The position numbers and the translations under genes are program-made. Under the pieces are notes generated by a model, which was not told the origin of the DNA, searched no databases, and saw only the letters and a list, made by a program, of their open reading frames with translations. From positions 3,424,001-3,488,000 of the forward strand of contig CAVUSO010000001.1 in NCBI GenBank assembly GCA_963744145.1: a stretch of 64,000 bases of DNA, given 5' to 3'. Positions within the stretch are counted from its first letter, which is position 1, and each line of letters starts with the position of its first letter. This DNA comes from an uncultured cyanobacterium. GTDB lineage: Bacteria > Cyanobacteriota > Cyanobacteriia > Cyanobacteriales > CAWUOF01. Positions 40,106 to 51,328 of the stretch are shown here, one piece after another.

Positions 40106-43100
40106 ATGAAAAGCCCTTTCCTCGAACGACTCCACAGTCCCGATCGCCCTGTTATTGTCTTTGACGGAGCCATGGGAACTAATTTACAAGTCCAAAACTT
40201 GACAGCAGAGGACTTTGGTGGTAAAGAATACGAAGGTTGTAACGAATATCTGGTTCACACTAAACCAGTAGCAGTCGAACAAGTCCATCGCGGTTTTTTA
40301 GAAGTTGGTGCTGATGTTATTGAAACTGATACTTTTGGTGCTACTTCGATCGTCTTAGCTGAGTATGACTTAGCAGACCAAGCATATTACCTGAATAAAA
40401 CTGCGGCTGAACTTGCTAAACGAGTTGCTGGAGAATATTCTACTCCAGAAAAACCCCGATTTGTCGCTGGTTCTATTGGTCCGGGAACCAAGTTACCGAC
40501 TTTGGGACATATTGACTTTGATACTCTGCAATCAGCTTTTACCGAACAAGCATCAGGATTATATGATGGTGGTGTAGATTTATTTATTGTCGAAACTTGT
40601 CAAGATGTACTGCAAATTAAAGCAGCTCTAAATGCGATCGAACAAGTATTTGCCCAAAAAGGCGATCGCTTACCGATCATGGTATCTGTTACCATGGAAA
40701 CTACTGGCACTATGTTAGTCGGTAGTGATATCAGTGCTGTACTAGCAATTTTAGAACCTTATCCGATTGATATTTTAGGATTAAATTGTGCTACCGGACC
40801 TGATCGGATGGCGGATCATATTCGCTATTTATGTCAAAATTCACCTTTTGTAGTTTCCTGTGTTCCTAATGCTGGTTTACCAGAAAATGTTGGTGGTCAT
40901 GCTCATTATAAACTGACACCAATGGAATTACGCATGGCTCTATTGCATTTTGTGGAAGATTTAGGAGTACAGGTAATTGGAGGTTGTTGTGGAACTCGAC
41001 CAGATCATATTCAACAATTAGCAGAACTTGGTAAAACTTTAAAGCCCAAATCTCGACCTGTCCGAATTGAGAATACCCAAATTAAACGGGAAGCATTTAA
41101 CTATACTCCATCAGCAGCATCTATTTACAGCGCTCAACCTTATGATCAAGATAATTCTTTTTTAATTATTGGTGAACGATTAAATGCTAGTGGTTCCAAA
41201 AAATGTCGAGATTTGTTAAATGTAGAAGATTGGGATGGGTTAGTAGCGATCGCGCGTGAACAGGTGCGCGAAGGTGCCCATATTCTTGATGTTAACGTTG
41301 ATTATGTGGGACGAGATGGGATTCGGGATATGCGCGAATTAGTATCCCGAATTGTTAATCAAGTCACATTACCATTAATGCTAGACTCGACCGAATGGGA
41401 AAAAATGGAGGCTGGATTAAAAGTTGCTGGTGGTAAATGTTTGCTGAATTCTACTAACTATGAAGATGGGGAAGAACGTTTTTATAAAGTATTAGAATTA
41501 GCGAAAAAATACGGTGCTGGGATAGTAGTTGGTACAATTGATGAAGAAGGGATGGCGCGATCGGCTGATCGGAAATTTGCGATCGCATCTCGTGCTTATC
41601 ATGCGGCAATTGAGTATGGTATTCCGGCTCGAGAAATCTTTTTTGATCCACTTGCTTTACCGATTTCTACTGGAATTGAAGAAGATCGTAGCAATGGTAA
41701 AGCGACAATTACCGCGATCGGACAAATCCGTCAAGAATTACCAGAATGTCATATTATTTTAGGAGTTTCTAATATTTCATTTGGTTTAAATCCCGCAGCT
41801 AGACAAGTTTTAAATTCAACTTTTCTGCACGAAGCAATGCAAGTAGGAATGGATGCTGCAATTGTTAGTGCTAGTAAAATTTTACCCTTAGCAAAGATTG
41901 AACCAGAACATCAAGAAATTTGTCGGCAATTGATTTATGATGAACGGAAGTTTTCTGATAGTATTTGTGTTTATGATCCCTTAACGGAACTCACCAAACT
42001 ATTTGAGGGGAAAACTACTAAACGCGATCGCTCTGAAGATGTAAATCTGCCCGTCGAAGAACGTCTAAAACGTCATATTATTGATGGAGAACGGATCGGT
42101 TTAGAAGAGCAACTCACTAAAGCTTTAGAAAAACATCCTCCTCTAGAGATTATTAACACCTTTCTCCTCGATGGGATGAAAGTAGTAGGAGAATTATTCG
42201 GCTCCGGACAAATGCAATTACCTTTTGTGTTACAATCTGCTGAAACCATGAAAGCAGCAGTAGCTTATTTAGAGCCATTCATGGAAAAATCAGAATCTGG
42301 AAATAATGCGAAAGGAACAATGATCATTGCTACCGTTAAAGGTGATGTTCACGATATTGGTAAAAATTTGGTTGATATCATTCTTTCTAATAATGGTTAC
42401 CGAGTAATTAACCTGGGGATTAAGCAACCAGTTGATCAGATCATTGACGCTTACGAAAAACATCAAGCTGACTGTATTGCTATGAGTGGTTTGTTGGTTA
42501 AATCGACAGCGTTTATGAAAGAAAATCTGGAAACTTTTAATCACCGAGGGATTACAGTTCCAGTAATTTTAGGGGGTGCCGCATTAACACCTAAGTTTGT
42601 CTATGAAGATTGCCAAAATACTTATAATGGTAAAGTTATTTATGGCAAAGATGCTTTTTCTGACTTGCATTTTATGGATAAGTTAATGCCTGCTAAAATA
42701 GCTGGTAAATGGGATGATTTCCAAGGATTTTTGGATGAATTAGCAGTAGATAATAAAACCAAGAGTGAAACAGATAATGGTAAAACAGTACCATCATCGG
42801 TCACATCAAAGGAATCTCCCAAAGAAATTGATACCCGTCGCTCAGAAGCGATCGCGATCGATATAGATCGTCCTACTCCACCTTTTTGGGGTACTCAAAT
42901 ATTGCAACCAACTGATATTCCCTTAACTGAAGTATTTGAATATCTAGATTTGCAAGCATTAATTGTCGGTCAATGGCAATTTCGCAAACCAAAAGAGCAA
43001 TCACGGGAAGAATATGATGCTTTTCTTGCAGCAACAGTCCATCCCATTTTGGCAAATTGGAAACAGTTAATTATCCAAGAAAATTTGTTGCATCCCCAAG

Positions 43101-43696
43101 CAATTTATGGATATTTTCCCTGTCAATCTGAAGGAAATTCTCTCCTTATTTATGATCCGGAAATCGTCAAAAATGGACAAGATATTTCTGGAGTAAATCC
43201 GATCGCTACCTTTAATTTTCCTCGACAAAAGTCCCTGCGACGTTTGTGTATTGCTGATTTCTTTGCACCGAAAAAATCTGGTAAAATTGATGTGTTTCCG
43301 ATGCAAGCTGTGACAGTAGGAAATATAGCGACGGAATATGCACAAGGTCTATTTGCTAATGATCAGTACACTGATTATCTATACTTCCATGGATTAGCTG
43401 TACAAACTGCTGAAGCAATAGCTGAATGGTTGCACGCTCGTATCCGTCGGGAGTTAGGTTTTGCTCAGGAAGAACCGGATCAGATTCGGGATATATTAGC
43501 ACAACGGTATCGTGGTTCGCGTTATAGTTTTGGCTATCCAGCTTGTCCTAATATTGCCGATCAATATCAGCAGTTAGAATTATTAGGATGCGATCGGATT
43601 AATCTATATATGGATGAAAGTGAACAACTTTATCCAGAACAGTCTACTACTGCGATTATTACCTATCACCCAGAAGCCAAATATTTCAGTGCTTAA
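40106..43696 (+). CDS. metH: Cobalamin-dependent methionine synthase
   Basis: Motifs [25 protein letters not shown] (B12-binding) and [13 protein letters not shown] at 40106 is preferred as the start. Confidence 0.98.
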   Translation: MKSPFLERLHSPDRPVIVFDGAMGTNLQVQNLTAEDFGGKEYEGCNEYLVHTKPVAVEQVHRGFLEVGADVIETDTFGATSIVLAEYDLADQAYYLNKTAAELAKRVAGEYSTPEKPRFVAGSIGPGTKLPTLGHIDFDTLQSAFTEQASGLYDGGVDLFIVETCQDVLQIKAALNAIEQVFAQKGDRLPIMVSVTMETTGTMLVGSDISAVLAILEPYPIDILGLNCATGPDRMADHIRYLCQNSPFVVSCVPNAGLPENVGGHAHYKLTPMELRMALLHFVEDLGVQVIGGCCGTRPDHIQQLAELGKTLKPKSRPVRIENTQIKREAFNYTPSAASIYSAQPYDQDNSFLIIGERLNASGSKKCRDLLNVEDWDGLVAIAREQVREGAHILDVNVDYVGRDGIRDMRELVSRIVNQVTLPLMLDSTEWEKMEAGLKVAGGKCLLNSTNYEDGEERFYKVLELAKKYGAGIVVGTIDEEGMARSADRKFAIASRAYHAAIEYGIPAREIFFDPLALPISTGIEEDRSNGKATITAIGQIRQELPECHIILGVSNISFGLNPAARQVLNSTFLHEAMQVGMDAAIVSASKILPLAKIEPEHQEICRQLIYDERKFSDSICVYDPLTELTKLFEGKTTKRDRSEDVNLPVEERLKRHIIDGERIGLEEQLTKALEKHPPLEIINTFLLDGMKVVGELFGSGQMQLPFVLQSAETMKAAVAYLEPFMEKSESGNNAKGTMIIATVKGDVHDIGKNLVDIILSNNGYRVINLGIKQPVDQIIDAYEKHQADCIAMSGLLVKSTAFMKENLETFNHRGITVPVILGGAALTPKFVYEDCQNTYNGKVIYGKDAFSDLHFMDKLMPAKIAGKWDDFQGFLDELAVDNKTKSETDNGKTVPSSVTSKESPKEIDTRRSEAIAIDIDRPTPPFWGTQILQPTDIPLTEVFEYLDLQALIVGQWQFRKPKEQSREEYDAFLAATVHPILANWKQLIIQENLLHPQAIYGYFPCQSEGNSLLIYDPEIVKNGQDISGVNPIATFNFPRQKSLRRLCIADFFAPKKSGKIDVFPMQAVTVGNIATEYAQGLFANDQYTDYLYFHGLAVQTAEAIAEWLHARIRRELGFAQEEPDQIRDILAQRYRGSRYSFGYPACPNIADQYQQLELLGCDRINLYMDESEQLYPEQSTTAIITYHPEAKYFSA

Positions 43697-44061
43697 AGAT
43701 TTTTGACTGATCCGACTGATCATCTCAGTTCAGTTAGAAAAAGCTCAACGGTTATATTGAGCAATTTATGGGACAGATCAGATGTGGGACAGACATCTTG
43801 TCTGTCCTAGTTATTTTTGTCATACCTACAGAAACCGCTTGGGTTGAAGTTGAGACTACATATTTAGTATTTCTTTACAATTAGCCCGATCGCTGATCAA
43901 CCCTAGTTTTTACCCCTGAGAGCAATTCCTCTCTACCTGTTTCGGCACCTCCAAAGATTAAAATTAAGTTAAAATTCAGTAAAATAAGCCATAATGCTTG
44001 TATCTAATTAGTGAAATTTGCGATAGCATAGATTTAAAACAAAAAAAGAAGGAGAAATGAA

Positions 44062-44277
44062 ATGACCAATTACACAATTTCTAACTATGATCGATCTAGC
44101 TACAATACTCTAGCCCAGATATTTACTAACGCAATTCTATCTGGATTTTTAACAACCACAGAACGGCTGCAATTAAAAGACACTCTCTTAGATGATTCAC
44201 TCCTAGATGATGATCTCGCGATCGTCAACCGATTGCTGTATGCTATCCGTCGCAATATGCTGAAATTATCCGCGTAA
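44062..44277 (+). CDS. Small conserved cyanobacterial hypothetical protein (paralog 1)
   Basis: 71 aa with RBS aaggag; highly similar to 44773-44988. Confidence 0.8.
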   Translation: MTNYTISNYDRSSYNTLAQIFTNAILSGFLTTTERLQLKDTLLDDSLLDDDLAIVNRLLYAIRRNMLKLSA

Positions 44278-44772
44278 GGCTTGGACTGTCCGTTCCCGAG
44301 ACATTTGGTTTGGCTATTAATTCGTAATTACGATCGCGATTAATCCGGAAAGAATGCTGTGTACACAGTTTTGAACAACTTGATATTAGACTATCTGAGT
44401 TGATTCTAGTAAATCTTTAAGATCACCTTGAATTTCTCTACCAGATTAAGACTTAGGCACAAGATTCAATAAGTTTTAACCATTTATCAGCAAAGATAGT
44501 GACCTTGAGATCAGTGGCCACAATTTGGGATTGTCCAAAAATTGGCCATTGCTGTTTAATGCTAATTGGTGGACAAAGTTGATTATAAAGTTTACTTAAA
44601 CTTAATGGTACTCGACTAGGTTTTATGGTTGTCGCGATCGCGTTTGATCAGCTTTAATCCCAAAGATTATTAAGATTAAGTAAACTTTAAGGAAAACCGT
44701 ACTAATACTTGTAGCTAATTAGTGAAAGTGATGATAAGATGGAATTAAAGTTAAAAAAGAAGGATAAATGAA

Positions 44773-44988
44773 ATGACTAATTACACAGCCTGTAACTATG
44801 ATCGCTCGATTTATAATACTCTTACCGAGCTATTCAGTGACGCGATTCTATCTGGTTTTTTAACTACAACAGGACGGAAACAATTACAAGAAACGCTACT
44901 TGATGATGAGCTGATTCAAGACGATTTAATCATCGTGAATCGATTACTGTATGCGATCCGTCATAATCTGTTGAAGTTATCCGCTTAA
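44773..44988 (+). CDS. Small conserved cyanobacterial hypothetical protein (paralog 2)
   Basis: 71 aa; shares ILSGFLTTT and VNRLLYAIR with paralog 1. Confidence 0.8.
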   Translation: MTNYTACNYDRSIYNTLTELFSDAILSGFLTTTGRKQLQETLLDDELIQDDLIIVNRLLYAIRHNLLKLSA

Positions 44989-45629
44989 TCTTTTGCTGGT
45001 AATTATAGTTTGATGCTAGCAATGCCAACGAAGGTAATTCTAACAGAGAAAAGGTAAGCGATCGTCTCCATGTTATGTTCGGAGCGATCGCTAACCAGTA
45101 AATCCATTTATAGCTATACGGGGATATCTTCCCATTTACGCACAGAATGACGGGAAGAGTATAGTTGTTTTAACAAATGATGGACATCCCGATAGGTATC
45201 TGTTTGCTTAATCGCGTTAAGATAGATAATCTGTTGGGCTACCTGGGGAAGTTGAAAACACCAATACAAACTCATTAATGGATTGATCCAAAGCTTGCTT
45301 CCTCGAGTTCTAGGGGTGACATGATAATCTCCGTAATGACCAGCTAATGCGGAAAGAATAGAGCTATTAACAATACTAATATCTTCTGGCATTGTCTGAA
45401 AAACATACTCACTTGCTTGTCGATATTGCTCGACCTCAGACATCTCCTGAAGTAAAGAGAATGTGCCTAGAAATCCACCACTTGTAATTAGTCCTGCGAT
45501 ATTTTCTAGGACATGGGCATGACAAACACCATGATAACGATCAATTCCAAATCCCAGACAAACCAGAAGCTTTTTTTTAACTGAAAGTTCATCAACTACG
45601 GCAATACTGGTAACATCTTCATGTGGTGT

Positions 45630-47102
45630 CAATACGGTTCGGTTAAGCTAAAAATCAGGTAAAATGAAAGTGTCACCTAAATGGAATGAGTAGGAATGCA
45701 GCTCAAAGAATTCACTGTAATATCACCTGTGGTCGAATCAGGGATGATCCTCAAAGCGTTAGAAACAGCGATTCCATCGACAGCAATTGAAAAAGCCATT
45801 GAAGATACCAATAGAAAAGAGGAACGACAAAGAGCATTACCAACGCATCTGGTTATCTGTCTAATCATTGGGATGAGTCTATGGTCTAGGGGGTCAATGA
45901 GGACAGTGTTGAAAAATCTGGTTGATGGCTTAAATGAAGCATGGGTCAGAGTTAGTTATTATTGGCGAATACCATGTAAATCATCAATTACAGAAGCTAG
46001 ACAGCGAGTAGGTGCAGGGGTAATGCGGCATCTGTTTCACATAGTAGTTAGACCACAGGCTACTAGGGAAACCCCAGGGGCTTTTTTAGGTGAAAAGCGA
46101 ATTATGGCTGTAGATGGAACAGTGTTTGATGTGCCAGATAGCGACACAAATGCCAGAGTATTTGGATATCCAGCTAGTCGTCCTGGAACTAGAGCCGCGT
46201 TTCCCAAGGTGCGTTTGGTTCTATTGATTGAAGCAGGAACACATTTAATTGTAGATGCCTTGATCTGCCCTTACCGAATCGGTGAGCGAGTCAGAGTGAA
46301 AAGGTTACTACGGTCAGTCACCACTGGAATGTTATTAATGTGGGATCGTGGATTGCATTCTTATGCAATGGTGCAAGCCACCTTGTCCCAAAAATGTGAT
46401 TATTTGGGACGCATCCCCAAAAATGTTAAATTTCCTGTGGAGCAGGTATTGGATGATGGTTCCTATCTCTCCTGGATTGCTCCCGACGGCAAGTCGAAAA
46501 AACAGGGCATGACCAAAATTATGGTTCGAGTCATTGAATACACTATTGATAATGGCGAAGCACAAACTTACCGTCTGATTACCAGTTTGACGGACATCGC
46601 TTTATTTCCAGCTTTATTATTAGCCACAGAATATCATCGTCGTTGGGAAGTTGAAAATACTATCGATGAATTGAAGGTTCATCAATTGGGACGTAAAACT
46701 CTGATTCGTTCTCTTCATCCCCGTGAAGTGGTTCAGGAAATTTATGGTTGGCTCCTCGGACATTGGGCGGTTCGTTCTCTCATGTTGACCGACGGCCACC
46801 TCTGCTCACATCTCCCCTTTACGATTGAGTTTTACTGGTACTCTCAATGTTGTCCGTCGTGCTATTCCCAAATTTCAGCGCCTTCAACCAGAAGAATTTC
46901 CCCTTTTTTTTAGTTGGTTGATCAGGGAAATTTTGGATGAACCAATTCCCAAACGTGAAGGTAGAAGTAACCCTCGTGTTATTAAAAAAACTCGCGCCAA
47001 ATTTCCATCCAAGAAACCAATTCATAGAGGTCAGGGAGTTAAACATGAAACCCTCAATTTTTCTATCCTCAATACTGCTTAAAGCTTAACCGAACCGTAT
47101 TG
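45630..47102 (+). mobile_element. IS4-family insertion sequence (1473 bp)
   Basis: TIRs caatacggttcggttaagc and gcttaaccgaaccgtattg. The 10-bp TSD catgtggtgt is at 45620-45629 and 47103-47112. Confidence 0.95.
45696..47082 (+). pseudogene. IS4 DDE transposase with a frameshift near 46787
   Basis: Motifs AVDGT, WDRG and YHRRWEVE. The C-terminus (ISPLRLSFTGTL...RSNPRVIKK) continues in another frame (46825-47082). Confidence 0.85.
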
Positions 47103-47723
47103 CATGTGGTGTTCCCAGTCCAATTTCATTACCACACATTAAGCTATCTGTGCCACCATCGATGAGAATAACGGTATCGAGTAATAACGCTTCTACCAAA
47201 GCTTGGTAACTGACTAGCAGTGGCTTAAACCCAGTCCGCTCAAAACAATAAATGGGAGTTTCTTGTCCCTTTTGCCGAAACCAAGTTGCTAGATATTGTT
47301 CAGGAAAGTAACGATTAAAACATGGCGTATCTGCGGTTACTTTTAGGAGATGAGGAGATAGTTTTTCCTGCTGACTAGGAGGAAGAAATGAAAATGATAA
47401 ATTAGCGAGATAGACTGTCTTACCCTGAGATTTCAAACTGAAATACAGCGGTAATCCACAAAAAATGTCAAATCCTCCTCCTGCACCAGCTAACAGGATC
47501 GTTTCTGACTGTTCTAATTCTGTAAACAAGGGCAAATTTTGTAATTGCATATTAATAGTAAGGATTGTCTAGGCTGTGTTAAAATATATATTGACAAGAG
47601 TGCTGTTAATTCGGCTATTGGCGAATAGCTAAACAACTTTTTGATTTTTCACAGGAATTTGGGCGATCGCCTTGTTCAGCACAATCAATTTTCTCGCACA
47701 TAAACTAAATTGAGAATAATTAA

Positions 47724-47739
47724 TGTATCTCAAGATACA
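47724..47739. promoter_or_regulatory. NtcA-binding site upstream of cnfR
   Basis: TGTA-TCTCAAGA-TACA matches the TGTA-N8-TACA consensus exactly; about 130 bp upstream of the cnfR ATG. Confidence 0.75.
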
Positions 47740-47869
47740 AAAATTTGATCAATATTTTTGAAAAATAAAGAAAATATTAAGTAATGTTTAATTGTTTAGC
47801 GTGAACAAAATAACATCCATCTCTAATTGAGAATACTGCCAATAAGTTATTATGTGATTGGTATCCATC

Positions 47870-49468
47870 ATGTCTTATTCTATCACCAATCGTTGTTTGC
47901 AGTGTGATACTTGTGAACCTCTTTGTCCAACAGGAGCAATCAAGCCAAAAGACGATTCCTATTGGATCGATCCTGATTTATGTGATAACTGTGAAAGTCA
48001 TCCTGTCCCTCAATGTGTAATTTCTTGTCCAGTGAACGCTCCAGTTCCGGTTCAAGCAAAAAAAGGGAGGTATAAAACTGATACAACTCGAACTATTCCG
48101 AGTGCAAATATTTTTACTAATGGTAAAACCAATCCTTTTGCTTCAGCTATAGCGATCTGGGAATTATCTAATATTCTCGTCCAGGGAGAATCTCTATCTT
48201 GGGACATAGAAGATACTGGAGAACTATGCTATCAACGGCAAATTTTAAATGGAAAAGGTAAGATTGTCTATCGAATTACCAATTCTTTAGGAGTTGATCT
48301 ACCTGTAGCACTGCAACATTCCGAAGCATTTTTAGTAATTAAATCCTTTGATATTAAAGCTGCTTGTCTGAATTTAATCTATGCTGCCCAGATTACAGCC
48401 CTGGCGCGTCCTTGGGAACAAGAATTCATGATCAATGATCTGCAAATCGAAGAATACTTAGGATTAGATAAACGTAAAGACTTAAGTAAATCTGCTAAAT
48501 TAGCTTTGATCAAAGAATTAGCCCAACAACCCTGTAGACTAATTGCTAGTATTGATTTGCCATCTCAAGGAAAGATCAAAGGAGTTTCGCTCAAAAATAG
48601 TCCGCTCTGGCACCTATTAGAAATTCAACATCATTTTCAAGAAGATGAGCATGGATGTAAACATTTAGTAGGATTAACTTTCCGGATCAAAGCAGGAGAA
48701 TGGACGAAAATTTTTCTCAATCGACAAGGTTGTAAAGAACGAAATAGCTTTTATCAATATGGCACCCTACCAAAAGCATTATTAAATGCAGTAATGAGTA
48801 TTTGGCAACAACATCCAGGTGCAGCCAGGATGTTACTTTGGTTATTATTTAAAACCAAAATGGGTAAAGAACAGCGCATCACCGTACCCACCTTAATGCG
48901 AGTTGCTTATGGTGAAAAGAAAGTCAATAGTGCATCAGCCCAAAAAGATGAACGTAAACGATTAATAAAAATCTTTGAGAATGATTTAGAAGTGATTAGT
49001 AGCTATGGATTAAACCCAGTATTCGATCCCGTTACTTATCCATTAGAAATTCAACCCCTGTGGGTGAAATTGAGAAATATTCCCGAAGACGCAGAAGCAG
49101 CTTTAGATTTTTGGATTGCTGACGGTAGTAAAAATCATCGCTTGACTGATGTGGCACCTCGTGGTAAGTGGAACCGTCTGATCAATGCAAGAATATTATA
49201 TTTTGAAATTCCTCCTGAATGGGAATCTCCCACAAAAACGAAAGCAACTCAGTCTGAGAAAACTAAAAAGAAAACAAAAGTTAAATCATCCATTGAAATT
49301 TCACCACAACAAATTATTGAGGCTAGAAAAATAAAACTTTTGAGCCAAAGAGAATTAGCATCATTAACCGGAAAAAGCCAAAGTTGGATTAGAGATATTG
49401 AAAATGGTCGTTTCCGACTTAAGGAAGAAGATCAAATGTTATTGCGAAATGTCTTAGGGATGATGTAG
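47870..49468 (+). CDS. cnfR: Nitrogen fixation master regulator CnfR (PatB)
   Basis: N-terminal ferredoxin-type Cys motifs (CLQCDTCEPLCP; CDNC...CVISCP), a conserved middle region and a C-terminal XRE HTH (SQRELASLTGKSQSWIRDIENGR). Confidence 0.9.
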   Translation: MSYSITNRCLQCDTCEPLCPTGAIKPKDDSYWIDPDLCDNCESHPVPQCVISCPVNAPVPVQAKKGRYKTDTTRTIPSANIFTNGKTNPFASAIAIWELSNILVQGESLSWDIEDTGELCYQRQILNGKGKIVYRITNSLGVDLPVALQHSEAFLVIKSFDIKAACLNLIYAAQITALARPWEQEFMINDLQIEEYLGLDKRKDLSKSAKLALIKELAQQPCRLIASIDLPSQGKIKGVSLKNSPLWHLLEIQHHFQEDEHGCKHLVGLTFRIKAGEWTKIFLNRQGCKERNSFYQYGTLPKALLNAVMSIWQQHPGAARMLLWLLFKTKMGKEQRITVPTLMRVAYGEKKVNSASAQKDERKRLIKIFENDLEVISSYGLNPVFDPVTYPLEIQPLWVKLRNIPEDAEAALDFWIADGSKNHRLTDVAPRGKWNRLINARILYFEIPPEWESPTKTKATQSEKTKKKTKVKSSIEISPQQIIEARKIKLLSQRELASLTGKSQSWIRDIENGRFRLKEEDQMLLRNVLGMM

Positions 49469-49523
49469 TTAGCGATCGCTAATTACATTAGCAGGTTTAA
49501 ACCAGTGCGATCGCTGGTAAATC

Positions 49524-50255
49524 TTAAAAATTTGGCAAATTATCAGGATCAATACCCTGAGCTTTTAAATAAGCGATCAACTTTTCTTTTTCCTGATGTT
49601 CCTGTGCAATTTTTTCTACTGCCCAAAGTAATAAGTTCCCCTCGTAATCCCACCATCTTAACCAATATCCATCTCTACCTTCTTTTAGACCTTGCCAAAC
49701 CCCCAAAAACAAGTCTATTCCGGGAATCCAATAACGACCATTTTCATCAGGTTGTTTTGAGATATAACGCCCATTTTCTAGGTCACGATATTCGATGAAA
49801 CCTTTATAAGGGTTAAATGTCACATAAATAGGAATTTTCAATAAACATTCATAAAAAAAATATTTTCCTTGGGGATAGGTCTGTTTACCAGAAAATTTGT
49901 CACCGTTTTTATTTGATAAGAATTCTATTACTATAATAGGAAGTTCTCCGTCTAAATAGGGCGTATAAGCTGGTCTTTCTGCTAATATTTCTTTCACTGA
50001 TGGTACATAAAACCAATCTGGTGCCTTGGCTAGAAATTGACCGTTAATCGTAGCACATAGACCGATATGAGAGCCAATTAATATCTGGGGCTGAATTAAT
50101 CCAGCGATTTCTAGACTTTCACATAATGCTCCAGATAAAAGGGTTTGTGCTGTATTTTCGATGAATTCATTTTCTAATTTAAAATCCTTTGGTAAGGGTT
50201 CCCAGGTCATAATAAATTCTACGAATCTTGAAGTTGGAATTGGTTTGTCTGTCAT
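49524..50255 (-). CDS. Uma2 family endonuclease (divergent paralog)
   Basis: Motifs KAPDWFY, VIEFLS and WLRWWD. Confidence 0.85.
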   Translation of the reverse strand: MTDKPIPTSRFVEFIMTWEPLPKDFKLENEFIENTAQTLLSGALCESLEIAGLIQPQILIGSHIGLCATINGQFLAKAPDWFYVPSVKEILAERPAYTPYLDGELPIIVIEFLSNKNGDKFSGKQTYPQGKYFFYECLLKIPIYVTFNPYKGFIEYRDLENGRYISKQPDENGRYWIPGIDLFLGVWQGLKEGRDGYWLRWWDYEGNLLLWAVEKIAQEHQEKEKLIAYLKAQGIDPDNLPNF

Positions 50256-50348
50256 AAATATGCTCTGGTTTAATTAAAGTGTAGCGATCGCTAACTTTAT
50301 TCTATTATAAAGAGAACAATTTAAAGAAACTGCGATCGCTGGTAAATC

Positions 50349-51215
50349 TTAAAAATTTGGCAAATTATCAGGATCAATACCCTGAGCTTTTAAATAAGCA
50401 ATCAACCTTTCTTTTTCCTGTCGCTCCTGTTCAGCCCGTTGACGTTCCTGTTCAGCCCGTTGTTGTTCCTGTTCAGCCCGTTGACGTTCCTGTTCGGCCC
50501 GTTGGTACTCTTGTTCAGCCCGTTGTCGTTCTAGTTGAATCCGTTGTCGTTCTAATTCCAGCTTTTCTACTCCCCAGGGTAATAAGTTCCCTTCTTGATC
50601 CCACCATCTTAACCAATATCCAGTTGTTGTGGCTTTTTGACCGCGCCAAGTTCCTAAAAATAATCCCATTTCGGGAATCCAATGACGGCCATTTTCATCG
50701 GGTAGTTTTAATTCGTATCGTTCATGTTCTAGTTGATAATATTCTAATAAACCGCCATCCGGGTCAAAGATCACATAGATGGGCACTTGCAATATTTGTT
50801 CATAAAAAAACCATTTTCCCGGTGGATAGGTCTTTTCCTCGTTATATTCCTCACCGTCTTGGTTTGAGATGAATTCCATCACGATCAAAGGAATATCTCC
50901 TTCTAAATGAGGAGTATAACTGGGACGTTTCATGATGATGTCTTTGACGGAGGGAATGTAGACCCAATCCGGAGCTTTGGCGATAAATTCCCCATTGATC
51001 GTTGCACACAAACCAAAGTTAGAAGCAATTAACATTTGGGGTTGAATGAATCCAGCGATTTCTAAACTTTCCCATAAAGCTCCAGCTAACAGGGGTTGTC
51101 CGGTATTGTCCACTGGTTCATCCTCTAAGTGAAAATTATCAGGTAATGGTTCCCATGCGATCGCCATTCCTGTGGGTAATTTAGTTGGATTGAGTACAGT
51201 TACCATCAATACCAC
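50349..51215 (-). CDS. Uma2 family endonuclease with ERQRAEQ coiled-coil repeats
   Basis: Motifs KAPDWVY, VMEFIS and WLRWWD, plus 21-bp tandem repeats near the C-terminus. Confidence 0.9.
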   Translation of the reverse strand: MVLMVTVLNPTKLPTGMAIAWEPLPDNFHLEDEPVDNTGQPLLAGALWESLEIAGFIQPQMLIASNFGLCATINGEFIAKAPDWVYIPSVKDIIMKRPSYTPHLEGDIPLIVMEFISNQDGEEYNEEKTYPPGKWFFYEQILQVPIYVIFDPDGGLLEYYQLEHERYELKLPDENGRHWIPEMGLFLGTWRGQKATTTGYWLRWWDQEGNLLPWGVEKLELERQRIQLERQRAEQEYQRAEQERQRAEQEQQRAEQERQRAEQERQEKERLIAYLKAQGIDPDNLPNF

Positions 51216-51328
51216 CTTGAGTTTATTTGTTAACTAATTATAACCCAATTAATTTGCTAAAAAAATTGAGTCGCCAAAGAGCAAAGTAAAGAAGTGTAAA
51301 GAGCTATCATAGCTATTATAGCCAAGGG

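Larger units (their letters stand above)
45114..47550 (-). pseudogene. DUF1152-like gene interrupted by IS4 (halves 47103-47550 and 45114-45629)
   Basis: The N-half has LLAGAGGGFDIFCGLPLY and DGGTDSL. Removing the IS and one TSD copy restores GLGTPH|EDVTSI. Confidence 0.85.

Noticed and set aside
36856..43819. Inverted REP-like copies bracketing sulP-sbp-metH as a mobile unit
   Set aside because: metH is a core gene, and these short repeats sit at gene 3' ends like ordinary dispersed REP elements.
50357..50872. 171-aa plus-strand ORF with VPVQPVD repeats
   Set aside because: It is the antisense shadow of the Uma2 ERQRAEQ repeats.
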